This document shows, piece after piece, positions 9,507 to 19,405 of a DNA stretch of 64,000 nucleotides. The notes below the pieces were generated by a model. The model searched no databases. It was not told the DNA's origin and was given only the letters and a program-made list of their open reading frames with translations. A program made the translations under genes and the position numbers. The stretch's first letter is position 1, and the number at the start of each line of letters is the position of its first letter. Origin of the DNA: a virus; the UHGV virus genome UHGV-1366919; one strand, written 5' to 3'.

Positions 9507-9540
9507 GGGAGTAAGGATGTTTATCCTTACTCCCTTTTTA
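9507..9540. terminator. Hairpin terminator between convergent genes (gggagtaagga-tgttt-atccttactccc followed by ttttt)
   Basis: A perfect 11-bp stem and a flanking A/T run are seen in the sequence. Confidence 0.55.
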
Positions 9541-9597
9541 ATAATTTGATTGCATAAACATGCACTTTTTATATGTTTATGCAATCAAATTATTTTA

Positions 9598-10206
9598 TTA
9601 ATTAATCCATCTAATTATTGGTTCATTTTTTATCTCCTTTTGCCACACATACATACAATAAGCAGCCGCACCACTATTTTTAAAATTATCGGTTCCTTTA
9701 CCGCAACCTTGCCTGTTTACATATACATATACATATTTTGGTGGATATTTTTTAAAAAAATTATAACGTTTGGCTGATTCAAGAAAGGTGAGTTTCATAA
9801 ACATAATGACCAAACCATTATTTTTAACAGTTTTTATTGCTTTTTCTGTAATTTCAACTGCATATCTGTAAGGAGGATTTGTAAAAATACAATCAAATTG
9901 ATTATCCCATTTATTAGTTTTTAAAAAATCAATACCAGTTTCTTCCCCATATCCTCTGTCAATTAAATCAGAAGAATAAACTGAATATCCATTTTCTTTT
10001 AATATTTTGGATATCGAACCTATACCACAGCATGGTTCTAAAATATTATTAGGAATTATTAAATTAGTATTTTTAGCTGCTTTTAAAAATAATTTTATTG
10101 ATTCAGGATGAGTACAATAAAAATCATATTCTTCTACTTCAATCTCCTTTTTTCGATGATTTACTGAATAAAATCCTGAATTTCCGCCTGTCCAATCTTT
10201 AATCAT
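9598..10206 (-). CDS. SAM-dependent DNA methyltransferase (N6-adenine or N4-cytosine type), small phage-type orphan MTase
   Basis: Motif I is EPCCGIGSISKIL, and motif IV (FTNPPY) lies about 45 aa downstream. This I-then-IV order with a short C-terminal region is gamma-like. Confidence 0.75.
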   Translation of the reverse strand: MIKDWTGGNSGFYSVNHRKKEIEVEEYDFYCTHPESIKLFLKAAKNTNLIIPNNILEPCCGIGSISKILKENGYSVYSSDLIDRGYGEETGIDFLKTNKWDNQFDCIFTNPPYRYAVEITEKAIKTVKNNGLVIMFMKLTFLESAKRYNFFKKYPPKYVYVYVNRQGCGKGTDNFKNSGAAAYCMYVWQKEIKNEPIIRWIN

Positions 10207-10228
10207 AAATGTATTTTAAATAATTTTT

Positions 10229-10711
10229 ATGAAATTATATGAAGTAAAAAAATTATCTTTAAAAGTATTAAAAGAATATGCTTCTAATGATGCTATTTTT
10301 ACTTCTATTTCTGGTAAAAAAGGAATAAAAGGTTCTGGGAAAAAAGCCGATAATATTGCTTTAGGAACTACTCGGGCATATCAAGATAATACATATCTTA
10401 CAAAATATGAAAAACAATTGCCCCATTTATCTAAACTTACCCAACAATTAAAAATTGGAGAAAATTCTGGAGCGCTGGAAGTGATAGGGCCGGCATTGGA
10501 AGAACTTCTTGTTCTGATTAAAGCTACAAAGCCGCTAACTTCTTATAAAGGCTTAGGATGGAAATTACCTCTTGGCGACAATATCTATTTGACTCAATCT
10601 GGTAAACAATACTTTATAAAGTATAATGGGCCTAAAGAAAAAGATCCTAATAAAAATGATTTAACCTCTACTGAACATCATGACAAAGCCATACTGTCCT
10701 CTCCTGCCTAA
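10229..10711 (+). CDS. hypothetical protein
   Basis: 160-aa ORF. Confidence 0.5.
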   Translation: MKLYEVKKLSLKVLKEYASNDAIFTSISGKKGIKGSGKKADNIALGTTRAYQDNTYLTKYEKQLPHLSKLTQQLKIGENSGALEVIGPALEELLVLIKATKPLTSYKGLGWKLPLGDNIYLTQSGKQYFIKYNGPKEKDPNKNDLTSTEHHDKAILSSPA

Positions 10712-11501
10712 AGATTTACCGGAAGGTTCTTTGGATGAATCATTACCTTGGATGGATGTATCTGATGCTTGTAATGATTATAATAATTTAGAAAATTTAG
10801 GCGGCCAGCAAGTAGTTGTTGATTCTGCCTGGAAGGATCTTATTAATTCTGCGGGAATGCCGATTTATTATTTTGTTTATAAATTTAATATAAAGCGTTC
10901 TGATAAAATTTGGGGTGAAGATATTCTTGCAGAATATGAAGAACCGTTTCAAATTAAAGCATATGTAGAAGTAAAAGATGTTCCTAAAATTTTAGGACCA
11001 ATGGGCGGCTTCTTCGCTGATGATACGATTACGGCTTATATTCATATTAAAACCTTTAATCGAAAGACTAAAGGAATGAAAGTTTTTGAAGATTTAAAAC
11101 TTAGATATGAGCCTAAACCCTCTGATTTGATTCAAATTATTGAATTCGGATGTGACAGGCCTGGAGGAAGAGGGGCTAAACTATTTGAGGTTACAAATAA
11201 AGAAGACGAGTTAATCTCTCAAAATTTGAATATGGGATTTGCCCATTATGTCTGGAAAATAACTGCGAAAAGATTTCAGTATAGTTATCAGGATGGCGCA
11301 ATTACTCCTTTCGGAGAAGAAAAGAATTGTCAAGTTTACGATAATCGCGTAGCGGGAATAATTGATACTCCAGAAGAAGTCAGAGATATGAATGCTCCTT
11401 CTGATAAGTCTTATGAATGGAATATTGATAAAAAATCCAAAGAAGAAATCTTTAATCAGAATGTAAATGACCAAACGGACATTTATGGTGGATATTATTA
11501 A
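10680..11501 (+). CDS. hypothetical protein
   Basis: 273-aa ORF. It overlaps the previous gene by 32 nt in a different frame. Confidence 0.55.
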   Translation: MTKPYCPLLPKDLPEGSLDESLPWMDVSDACNDYNNLENLGGQQVVVDSAWKDLINSAGMPIYYFVYKFNIKRSDKIWGEDILAEYEEPFQIKAYVEVKDVPKILGPMGGFFADDTITAYIHIKTFNRKTKGMKVFEDLKLRYEPKPSDLIQIIEFGCDRPGGRGAKLFEVTNKEDELISQNLNMGFAHYVWKITAKRFQYSYQDGAITPFGEEKNCQVYDNRVAGIIDTPEEVRDMNAPSDKSYEWNIDKKSKEEIFNQNVNDQTDIYGGYY

Positions 11502-11505
11502 AATT

Positions 11506-11542
11506 AAAAAAGCTGAATCAAATTAATGATTCAGCTTTTTTA
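11506..11542. terminator. Bidirectional palindromic terminator, family member (aaaaaagctgaatca-aattaa-tgattcagctttttt)
   Basis: Perfect palindrome with A-run and T-run flanks. It sits between convergent genes. Confidence 0.6.
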
Positions 11543-12618
11543 ATCTCTTCTTGAATTAAAAGTTTTATTTGATCTTTATTTTTCTTCCATTTACTTTCCC
11601 AAATTTCTATCAATGTAATTCCCCTTTCAATACATTGATTTCTTTTATTTTCATGATAACCCAGATTTCGATCTTCGTGTAATTTATGCCAGTAATCTCC
11701 ATTATATTCAAAGGCTAATTTTAATTCGGGGAGATAAATATCAAGCTCTAATTGATTATCAAGTTGATTTCTAGAATTTTTTATAATTTTTCTTGAATAT
11801 ATCGAATTAATATATTCAAAAAGTTCTTTTTCACCTTTAGATCTTTTCGAAGCTTTTACACATTTAATACAGCCACTTCCATTTAAATGAATATATGCTC
11901 TTTGTCGAAAGACACCATGCCTTGGACAAATAATATTCACATAATCACGAGCACTTTTATAGATAACTAAGGAATAATTATATTTGTCTCCATGAACTTC
12001 TTGAGCTCTTTTAATAAATTCTTCAGTTGTTAAAAATTGCTTTTCTCTTTTACATTCTGGACATTCATTGCCTTGTAAATGTGACCCTGCATGTTGTCGA
12101 AATAATCCATGCTTAGGACATATTATTGTTATATGATTTTTTACGCCATTATAAATCACTTTAGAATAATCATAATAATTTCCATGCACTTTTTTAGCTT
12201 TTTCAATAAATTCTTCTCTTGATAAAAGATCTTTTATTTTAGCACAATAAGGACACCCACTTCCATTTAAATGGCTGCCAGCCATTTGTTCAAATTTATG
12301 CCCGCATTTATTACAAATAATCCAAATTTTTGATTTACAATTTACGTATATCGATATTGAATAATTATACTTATCACCATGAACTTTTCTTGCTTTTTCT
12401 ATAAATTTTTCTGTTGTTAACTGTGCCGTGGGAATACATTTAGGACATCCACATCCTCTTAAATGTTCTGATGCTTTTTGCCAAAAATATCCATGCTCAG
12501 GACAACCAATTTCTATTTTTGCAAGACTACTTTTATATTCAACTCTTGAATAATCATATTTGTCACCATGTATTTCTTTAGCCCTTTGTATAAATTCTTC
12601 AGTTGTTAGCTTTTTCAT
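11518..12618 (-). CDS. Homing-endonuclease-like protein, paralog 2. Four tandem Zn-ribbon modules plus a C-terminal PD-(D/E)xK/Vsr-like nuclease.
   Basis: The module (F)I.KA..VHGDKY(D/N)YS...Y......I(I)C..HG.F.Q....HL.G.GCP.C occurs four times. The C-terminus carries ELDIYLPELKLAFEYNGDYWH. Confidence 0.65.
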   Translation of the reverse strand: MKKLTTEEFIQRAKEIHGDKYDYSRVEYKSSLAKIEIGCPEHGYFWQKASEHLRGCGCPKCIPTAQLTTEKFIEKARKVHGDKYNYSISIYVNCKSKIWIICNKCGHKFEQMAGSHLNGSGCPYCAKIKDLLSREEFIEKAKKVHGNYYDYSKVIYNGVKNHITIICPKHGLFRQHAGSHLQGNECPECKREKQFLTTEEFIKRAQEVHGDKYNYSLVIYKSARDYVNIICPRHGVFRQRAYIHLNGSGCIKCVKASKRSKGEKELFEYINSIYSRKIIKNSRNQLDNQLELDIYLPELKLAFEYNGDYWHKLHEDRNLGYHENKRNQCIERGITLIEIWESKWKKNKDQIKLLIQEEIKKAESLI

Positions 12619-12725
12619 AACTAAACTTTAATTTTATATAATAATTCTCAATTTTATTTGGTACTAAATTAATAGTAAGTGTATTAATGATTTTTATACA
12701 ATCTATACGCTAATAAATAATTACT

Positions 12726-13220
12726 ATGAAAAAGTTTAAAGTAAAAGAACTTAGATTTTCTAATTTACTCGTTGAAGATATAAATGTTCCCAAAAATCTT
12801 ATTGTTCGAATTAAGAATATTCCTAGATCTAAAAAGGCTTTACTTGAAGAAGTTGCTAAGAAAATTAGCGAAAAATATGGAAAAGATGTTAAACACTTTA
12901 TTCTTGAAGATTTAGAAATAGAAGGGCCAAAGAATTTTGCTAAAAATCCTACTATTACAAAGCGTCTTCAAAAACGTCGAAAAGTTTTGAAAAACTATAT
13001 TGATGAAATAGGTGAAGAAGATAGTCAATTAAGTTATGAAGTTACAAAAGCTATTATAAATGTTTTTGGTGAAAAATTTTTAGACAAATATAGTGTTAAT
13101 ATTCGCGATCAAATTGAAAAATTTAGTAAAAAATTGCGGGTCTTAAAACACTTGCTGATAGGCCAAAAGATGATCCTTATAAAAAGCGGTTGGATAACTG
13201 GAGGATTGGTTAACCTTTAA
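12726..13220 (+). CDS. hypothetical lysine-rich protein
   Basis: 164-aa ORF. Confidence 0.5.
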   Translation: MKKFKVKELRFSNLLVEDINVPKNLIVRIKNIPRSKKALLEEVAKKISEKYGKDVKHFILEDLEIEGPKNFAKNPTITKRLQKRRKVLKNYIDEIGEEDSQLSYEVTKAIINVFGEKFLDKYSVNIRDQIEKFSKKLRVLKHLLIGQKMILIKSGWITGGLVNL

Positions 13221-13222
13221 AA

Positions 13223-13258
13223 GAAAAAGCTAAGTCATTGATCTGACTTAGCTTTTTC
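13223..13258. terminator. Bidirectional palindromic terminator, family member (aaaaagctaagtca-ttgat-ctgacttagcttttt)
   Basis: Palindrome with A/T flanks between the convergent genes at 12726..13220 (+) and 13359..16205 (-). Confidence 0.6.
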
Positions 13259-13358
13259 TTTAAATTCTTCTAATGTTAATTTTCTCATATAAATTTTAAG
13301 GGTTTCCATAGAAAATATGGAAACCCTTAAAATTATTCGGTGTTAATTTAGTGCAGTA

Positions 13359-16205
13359 TTAAGCGCTAAATTCTGTTGAAATCACGCCAGATCTAGAAGC
13401 GGTCAAGTCAATGAGAATGCGTTCTGCACTACGCGTTGGAGCTGCATATGTTGAGATACGCATTACACCGGCATCGATCTCAGTTTCCGTATTATTCCTT
13501 TCATCGCAAACAAGAACATAAGAATAGATTGCTCGTTGTTCTTGTAGTGCATCAAATGCTGGAGTTAACACATTTGTTACATTCAAACGGGTGTACAAAG
13601 TATTACCTTCAAACAGCCATTGCTTGGCAGTATCACGCAACAGTTTAAGAATGTAAAGCATTGTTCTTCGGGCAGAAATTTGATCTAACGCTGAGTCGCG
13701 CTTTATCATAGTTCTAATTCCGTACAACATTGTTCCGGAAGAAGGAGATACGATAATCGGATTAAGAGAAATACGATATAAATCATCTCGTTGCTTTTGC
13801 TGAGTGGAGAAGGAAATATCAAGCACAGAACTTAGTACACCATTATTCATTCCAGCGGCGGCTTGCCATGGACCATATAAGGCATCCGTAGCAGCAATCT
13901 TTTGAGCGACAAATCCAGAAGCAGGAGCCCAGAATTGAGTACTGTTTACAGGATCTTGTACCTTTAAGAAATACGGATAAACAGCCATATAAGAGGAAGC
14001 TAATCCATCATATAAATGCCTGTTAGGCCAGTAGATTGAAGTCGAGAAAGAATGCTTAACATTATCCAGAGCAGTATAAGCTGCATTGACTAAGGGCATT
14101 CCAAATTGTTTTTCAATCTTATTATCCTTGCCTTCAACGGAAATTTGACGAATTGTATCACCAATGAAGAATACATCGCCTCGTCCGCCTTCTTGCTGAG
14201 CAGAAGCTAATTTTAAGAAAGCCGATTGAATAGCTCGATGATTAGCGATTACTTGTTCAGCTGTGGAAGATAATGTAGACTTACCAGTACGCATATCCGT
14301 TACACCTTGAATAACTTTGGTATCATCGAATAATGCAGCTTCTGGATCATAGCCATTCGGATATTGCTCCTTAACTTTATCTTGTTCAGTTGTTTGGCCA
14401 TCCCCACGCTCGGTATCAGCCCTAATTGCAGCCTGGAGCTTTTCTTCATAGCTTTGATAAGCCACATCCATAGCTCCGACATAGATAGTTCCCATACCGC
14501 CTTCCAACAGAAGGTCAACGTCATAGAGTTCTTCATTTTCGACTAATTCAAGGGCAGCCTCGATTTTCTTGGGAAGATTACCAATGATTTTAGAAGCATT
14601 ATTGGAACGGGCATATAAACCTAACGGATACATGGAATCACCCATTTCAAAGGTCGGATAATCAGTTGGAATACTTTGAAGAACAGCCTTTGAAATACCG
14701 GCCGGAGAAGCCATGATGTCTTCGATGGAACCCGCCATTTCATCATCAGTCAATGCAATGTCAAGCAATTGCTGGGCATAAATACGAACCTTAATCTTCG
14801 GAGAACCGTCAACATATAGTCCGCGAGAATTTAACGCTCCTGAGAAGTTCGGATTAACAAACATGCGAACTAAAGTATCATTAGCCGTTGTATTCTCAAT
14901 AAAGAAGTTAACTGCAGATGTAGTATACTTGGAAGTAGTCTGTCGTCCATATTCTAAGGAAGCATTATATCCTTGAGTAATCAGGGCAGAAAGTTTAAGA
15001 GCATCTCCAGAATTAGTAGCCTGGCGAACCTTAAAGACGCCTACATTTAATGTATCATTCCATTGAGCTCCGGAAATATCAAAATCAGTGATGGATTCTT
15101 CCATAACCTGAGAGATACATCCTTTCAACGGAGAAGAAAGCTTAAAGTCAAGGCGTTCATTAGGAACAGTCGTATACTGAAGACCCGTAAGACCTTCTTC
15201 AATAGAAGCAGGAAGCTGAGTTACAGTCTTAAGCTTGCGCACGGCCGCATAAGAAGTACCAGGATCAGAGAAAGCATTATCGGATAACGCAAGATAAAAA
15301 CCTTCAAAAAGATCATTTGTTACCGTCTTGCCAAAGTTAAGAGCTAAGAAAGCAAACTGCCCCAAATCGGCAAGCTGAGTAGAAATAGTTTGAGGAATTG
15401 CATCGGACCAGTTAAATTCTCCAGAACCATCCAAAGCTTGTCCATTTAAAAATCGATAATACTGTTCAATAGAAATATTAAACTGAACAGGTTCACCGAT
15501 TAAAAATGTAGCGGAATCTTCATATTCACCTTTGATACCGGCGGAACCATCTGAATAATTCGTAATAGGCTTAAAGGAATTATTAGCAGATTGAACATAA
15601 TAAGTTGCAAAGACAGCATTCTGAGTTGGAACATCTGTTACCTCAGTATATTCAGATCCATTCTTAGTATAGATCGTAACCTTATTGGTGAAATTAGTTA
15701 ACGGAGTTCCGGCCTGGTCCGTATAATATTGAACCTGCACTTTAGCAGCAATATCAGGAGAAACAGGAGTATAAGAAGTAGAACGGGTTACCTTGGTATA
15801 AAGCTGAACAGATGTATCAATACGTTGTTCAGGGGTAGCTTCATTATAAACTTCTTCAGAATCAATAGCATATCCAAGAGCCGGATAAGCAAGAATAGAA
15901 ACGGAAGCAGATTTAGTATCTCCTAAGTCTACACCATAAGGAAGTCGGGAAACACTTACATAAGCAGCAGAATTTAATGCTGCGTCTACTGTTGCATAAG
16001 AATAGCGCTCAGAACTTGTAACAGGTTCTCCGAATATTTCAACATATTCACTGATTGTCGAAACAGAAGTAACTTCAGAAGTAGGTCCTTGTTGGCTGAA
16101 AATTGGTATAAAGACCGACGTTCCGGCAGACTGCGCCGCTCGTGTCGATTGGTCGCGTTCCAAAATTTCGACGCCCGGGCTGATAATTGTGGGTGTAATT
16201 GCCAT
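13359..16205 (-). CDS. tail sheath protein (contractile tail), 948 aa
   Basis: The N-terminus MAITPTIISPGVEILERDQS resembles sheath N-termini such as T4 gp18 (MTLLSPGIELKETTVQ). The C-terminal region matches the conserved gp18 C-terminal domain pattern: LNPIIVSPSSGTMLYGIRT...DQISARRTMLYILK...YSYVLVCDERNNTETEIDAGVMRISTYAAPTRSAERILIDL. Confidence 0.85.
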   Translation of the reverse strand: MAITPTIISPGVEILERDQSTRAAQSAGTSVFIPIFSQQGPTSEVTSVSTISEYVEIFGEPVTSSERYSYATVDAALNSAAYVSVSRLPYGVDLGDTKSASVSILAYPALGYAIDSEEVYNEATPEQRIDTSVQLYTKVTRSTSYTPVSPDIAAKVQVQYYTDQAGTPLTNFTNKVTIYTKNGSEYTEVTDVPTQNAVFATYYVQSANNSFKPITNYSDGSAGIKGEYEDSATFLIGEPVQFNISIEQYYRFLNGQALDGSGEFNWSDAIPQTISTQLADLGQFAFLALNFGKTVTNDLFEGFYLALSDNAFSDPGTSYAAVRKLKTVTQLPASIEEGLTGLQYTTVPNERLDFKLSSPLKGCISQVMEESITDFDISGAQWNDTLNVGVFKVRQATNSGDALKLSALITQGYNASLEYGRQTTSKYTTSAVNFFIENTTANDTLVRMFVNPNFSGALNSRGLYVDGSPKIKVRIYAQQLLDIALTDDEMAGSIEDIMASPAGISKAVLQSIPTDYPTFEMGDSMYPLGLYARSNNASKIIGNLPKKIEAALELVENEELYDVDLLLEGGMGTIYVGAMDVAYQSYEEKLQAAIRADTERGDGQTTEQDKVKEQYPNGYDPEAALFDDTKVIQGVTDMRTGKSTLSSTAEQVIANHRAIQSAFLKLASAQQEGGRGDVFFIGDTIRQISVEGKDNKIEKQFGMPLVNAAYTALDNVKHSFSTSIYWPNRHLYDGLASSYMAVYPYFLKVQDPVNSTQFWAPASGFVAQKIAATDALYGPWQAAAGMNNGVLSSVLDISFSTQQKQRDDLYRISLNPIIVSPSSGTMLYGIRTMIKRDSALDQISARRTMLYILKLLRDTAKQWLFEGNTLYTRLNVTNVLTPAFDALQEQRAIYSYVLVCDERNNTETEIDAGVMRISTYAAPTRSAERILIDLTASRSGVISTEFSA

Positions 16206-16320
16206 AATATATTTTTAAGTTAAATTATTAAATCTTAGAAAGTTTAACAAAAGATATTTACATTTATAACGGCTAGTTCAGGTTCTATTTTACTTCTTGG
16301 ATAAATAAACACTCTTCAAT

Positions 16321-17714
16321 TTAGCACCAAAATAAAATCAGGATAAAATAATATCCAATTTATGGCAATTAAACGACTTACGACAGAAATTTTTATAGAA
16401 AGGGCCAAAGCAAAACACGGTATAGACAGGTATGATTACTCGGCAACCAATTATACCCATTGTAATAATAAAATTATAATCAAGTGTTTAATACATAATT
16501 TAATATTTGAAACCTACCCCCATAATCATTTAAGAGGGAATGGAGGTTGCCCTCTATGTGCTAAAGAAGGACGATCTTTATCATGGCAATCTTTTTTAGA
16601 AAAAAGCATCGAAGCTCACGGGCAAAATCGATATGATTATTCATATGCTAAAAAAGAGTATAAAGGAACCAAATCAAAAATTACAATAATATGTAAAAAA
16701 TGTGGACATAGATTTGTTCAATTACCTTCTAATCATATAAAAGGCCATGGTTGTATAAATTGTGTAAATTTAGCTAAATCATTTGATAAAAATTTCTTTA
16801 TTAAAGAGGCAGAAAAGAAACATGGTATTGGGAGATATGATTACTCAAAAATAAAATATAAAAATTCATATACTCCCATTTATATTATTTGTAATAAATG
16901 TAATAAAAAATTTTATCAGCAGCCACGAATACATTTAAAAGGAATTGGATGTTCTCATTGTTATTATAAAAGTAAAACATTAACTAAGGAAGAATTTATT
17001 AAAAGAGCTGAAGAAATACATGAAAAAGGAAAATATGATTATTCTAATGTAGAATATATACAGTCTAACATTAAGATTAAAATTAAATGTAATAAATGTA
17101 ATAATATTTTTTGGCAATATCCCCATGAACATTTAAAAGCCAAAGGATGCCGAATTTGTGCAATTAAAGATATTACTGATACAAAAGAAACATTTATTAA
17201 AAAGGCAAAGAAAGTTCATAAGGATTTTTATGATTATTCAAGTATAAAATATATAAATTCTCAAACTTTAATTTATATTAATTGTCCAAAACATGGTTTT
17301 TTCGCACAACGGCCAAATGCTCATCTAAGAGGTCATGGATGTCCGAATTGTGCACTCGCTGCACAAAGATCTCGAGGAGAAATAGAACTTGGAGAATTTA
17401 TTAAATCAATTTATTCCAATAAAATTTTAAAAAATTCTAAAACACAACTTGGAAATAAAATGGAATTGGATATATATCTTCCTGAATTAAAACTCGCCAT
17501 TGAGTATAATGGCGATTATTGGCATAATTTGAAAGAGGCCAAACATCCTGGCTGCCATGAAGATAAAAGAAACCGATGTAAAGAAAGAGGAATTAAACTT
17601 ATTGAAGTTTTAGATACGGAATGGCAAAAGAATAAAGATCAAATTAAAGAATCTCTTAAAAAACAAATTGGAGAACTTATCAAAATTAGCACCAAAATAA
17701 AATCAGGATAAAAT
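16321..17714 (+). mobile_element. Homing-endonuclease gene cassette bounded by 29-30 bp direct repeats (ttagcaccaaaataaaatcaggataaaat)
   Basis: The repeat at 16321..16350 and the one at 17686..17714 are identical over 29 nt. The second copy encodes the last residues (ISTKIKSG*) of the enclosed ORF. Confidence 0.55.
16362..17711 (+). CDS. Homing-endonuclease-like protein, paralog 3. Six tandem Zn-ribbon modules plus a C-terminal PD-(D/E)xK/Vsr-like nuclease.
   Basis: Repeated ..HG..RYDYS...Y......I.C..H..F......HL.G.GC..C modules. The C-terminus carries MELDIYLPELKLAIEYNGDYWH. Confidence 0.65.
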   Translation: MAIKRLTTEIFIERAKAKHGIDRYDYSATNYTHCNNKIIIKCLIHNLIFETYPHNHLRGNGGCPLCAKEGRSLSWQSFLEKSIEAHGQNRYDYSYAKKEYKGTKSKITIICKKCGHRFVQLPSNHIKGHGCINCVNLAKSFDKNFFIKEAEKKHGIGRYDYSKIKYKNSYTPIYIICNKCNKKFYQQPRIHLKGIGCSHCYYKSKTLTKEEFIKRAEEIHEKGKYDYSNVEYIQSNIKIKIKCNKCNNIFWQYPHEHLKAKGCRICAIKDITDTKETFIKKAKKVHKDFYDYSSIKYINSQTLIYINCPKHGFFAQRPNAHLRGHGCPNCALAAQRSRGEIELGEFIKSIYSNKILKNSKTQLGNKMELDIYLPELKLAIEYNGDYWHNLKEAKHPGCHEDKRNRCKERGIKLIEVLDTEWQKNKDQIKESLKKQIGELIKISTKIKSG

Positions 17715-17779
17715 GAATATATTTTAAAAAGTTAAAAACATACTTAACTAAGTGCGCAATATATATATATATTAATACT

Positions 17780-19243
17780 ATGAGTAATATTACTGAAGAA
17801 CAAAAAGCTGAATTCCTGAAATATTATCCCGACCATGAAGATAAGCTAGAAGAAATTATCGAATACAATTGTTTATCTTCCTGCGAAGATGATCGTATAT
17901 TTTGTTTTTATGATGTTAAATTTGATCCGAATAAGTCAACACTAGAAAAGGTTGATTATTTGAATCCAATGGGAATATATAGCAATTTAGTCTGTTATAT
18001 TGAACGAGGAGATATGAGGAGATCTGATAACTCTATCATCTCTTCTATTGAAGAATTAGTAAAAACTATTAAAGAATTTCCTTATGTTATTTTTGATGCA
18101 AATACTGCAGTTATTAAAATTCAAGGAGTTATAGAAAATAGTGAAGATCCTGACCTTAGCGGAATTAAAATTAACATTTATAAATTTGATAAAAAGAAAA
18201 ATAAATTTATTAATGAACAAGCTGGATTTCATTCTTACCATCATGAATTAAATGATTTTATTGAATTCATTTATCAATTTGTAAATGATGCAATAAAAGA
18301 ATATGTTAGAGTTAGAGGTAAAGACGGTAATAATTATTTCATGCTTCATCCTAATGTCTATAAGAATAATGAAGAAAAACCTGAAAGCAATAATTCAAAA
18401 TCTCTTAAATCTATTATAGACGAATGGAAACAGAAGGTTGATAAAGATCTCGTTATGATTGGAGGCGATCTAAGATTTAAGGATGAAATTAAAAATAAAA
18501 TTGAGGAAGATAAATTATACCTTGAACGTCTTATTGCAGAAGCTGACCAGCAAAGGGAAGTAATAGAGGAAAATCCTGACAATGATATTGAAGAAAAAAT
18601 AAATCAAGCTATTATTAATGCTCGTAAGGAGCCTCCTGTTGATCTACCGGAAGAACTTCAAGAAGAGCTTATTGAAAGCATGAAAGATTATAACGATTAT
18701 TTTCATAATCCAAATAATAAGCTTCGAGGAGAATATTTTGATGATTTAATCGAACAGCTTAATAATTCTAAAAAGAACTGCTGTTTAATGAAACTTAATA
18801 AAGATACTGCTACTTGGCTTACCGTTACTGATTTCTTTGAAGAACAAGAAGATACGCTTTTAAGCAAGCTTCTTGAATTTGATCCGGTCATTGAAAAACA
18901 TGATGAAAATTATACGTTAATCAAATTTAAACGAGAAGTATTTGACCAGAATAAAGAAAAGATTGAGAAGATTCAACATCAGTATTTTGCCAGGGCTAAT
19001 TCTTTTACTGATTTTGATTTTGACCTTGATTTTAAAATAGTTAGTTTAACCAAAGATGAACATAACTTTATCGTTAGTAATTTAAAGAAACATGCAATTA
19101 TTTCCTCAAATGCAGAACCTGAATTTAAAGGATTTTTCAGGAATATTGTTCAGTATGCTCCTGAATTAGAAAATGAAGATATTGAATATATCTTTGAGAT
19201 AACTGATAAATGTTTGCCAACATCTGTTAAAAATAGACTTTAA
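17780..19243 (+). CDS. hypothetical acidic protein, 487 aa
   Basis: Long ORF, D/E-rich, with no recognisable catalytic motif. Confidence 0.6.
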   Translation: MSNITEEQKAEFLKYYPDHEDKLEEIIEYNCLSSCEDDRIFCFYDVKFDPNKSTLEKVDYLNPMGIYSNLVCYIERGDMRRSDNSIISSIEELVKTIKEFPYVIFDANTAVIKIQGVIENSEDPDLSGIKINIYKFDKKKNKFINEQAGFHSYHHELNDFIEFIYQFVNDAIKEYVRVRGKDGNNYFMLHPNVYKNNEEKPESNNSKSLKSIIDEWKQKVDKDLVMIGGDLRFKDEIKNKIEEDKLYLERLIAEADQQREVIEENPDNDIEEKINQAIINARKEPPVDLPEELQEELIESMKDYNDYFHNPNNKLRGEYFDDLIEQLNNSKKNCCLMKLNKDTATWLTVTDFFEEQEDTLLSKLLEFDPVIEKHDENYTLIKFKREVFDQNKEKIEKIQHQYFARANSFTDFDFDLDFKIVSLTKDEHNFIVSNLKKHAIISSNAEPEFKGFFRNIVQYAPELENEDIEYIFEITDKCLPTSVKNRL

Positions 19244-19369
19244 AAATATGATTAGTAAGAAATTACCACCTCTTTGGAAGCAACAACTCGTCTGGTGCTT
19301 ATGTAAACTATTGAATATAAATTTTCGAATTTATCCAAATCGGCCCAAAGATGAAAAAGTTGATTAATA

Positions 19370-19405
19370 AAAAAGCTGAGTCATTAATTTGACTCAGCTT
19401 TTTCT
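19370..19405. terminator. Bidirectional palindromic terminator, family member (aaaaagctgagtca-ttaatt-tgactcagcttttt)
   Basis: Perfect palindrome between the convergent genes at 17780..19243 (+) and 19431..19997 (-). Confidence 0.6.

Noticed and set aside
10680-10711. Programmed frameshift joining 10229..10711 and 10680..11501
   Set aside because: No slippery heptamer or pseudoknot-like structure is seen in the 32-nt overlap. The downstream frame opens only 15 nt before its ATG. An ordinary gene overlap is more likely.
11524-12697. 10-nt match (attaatgatt) on both flanks of HEG paralog 2
   Set aside because: Too short to be meaningful at this AT content. It is unlike the 29-bp repeats around paralog 3.
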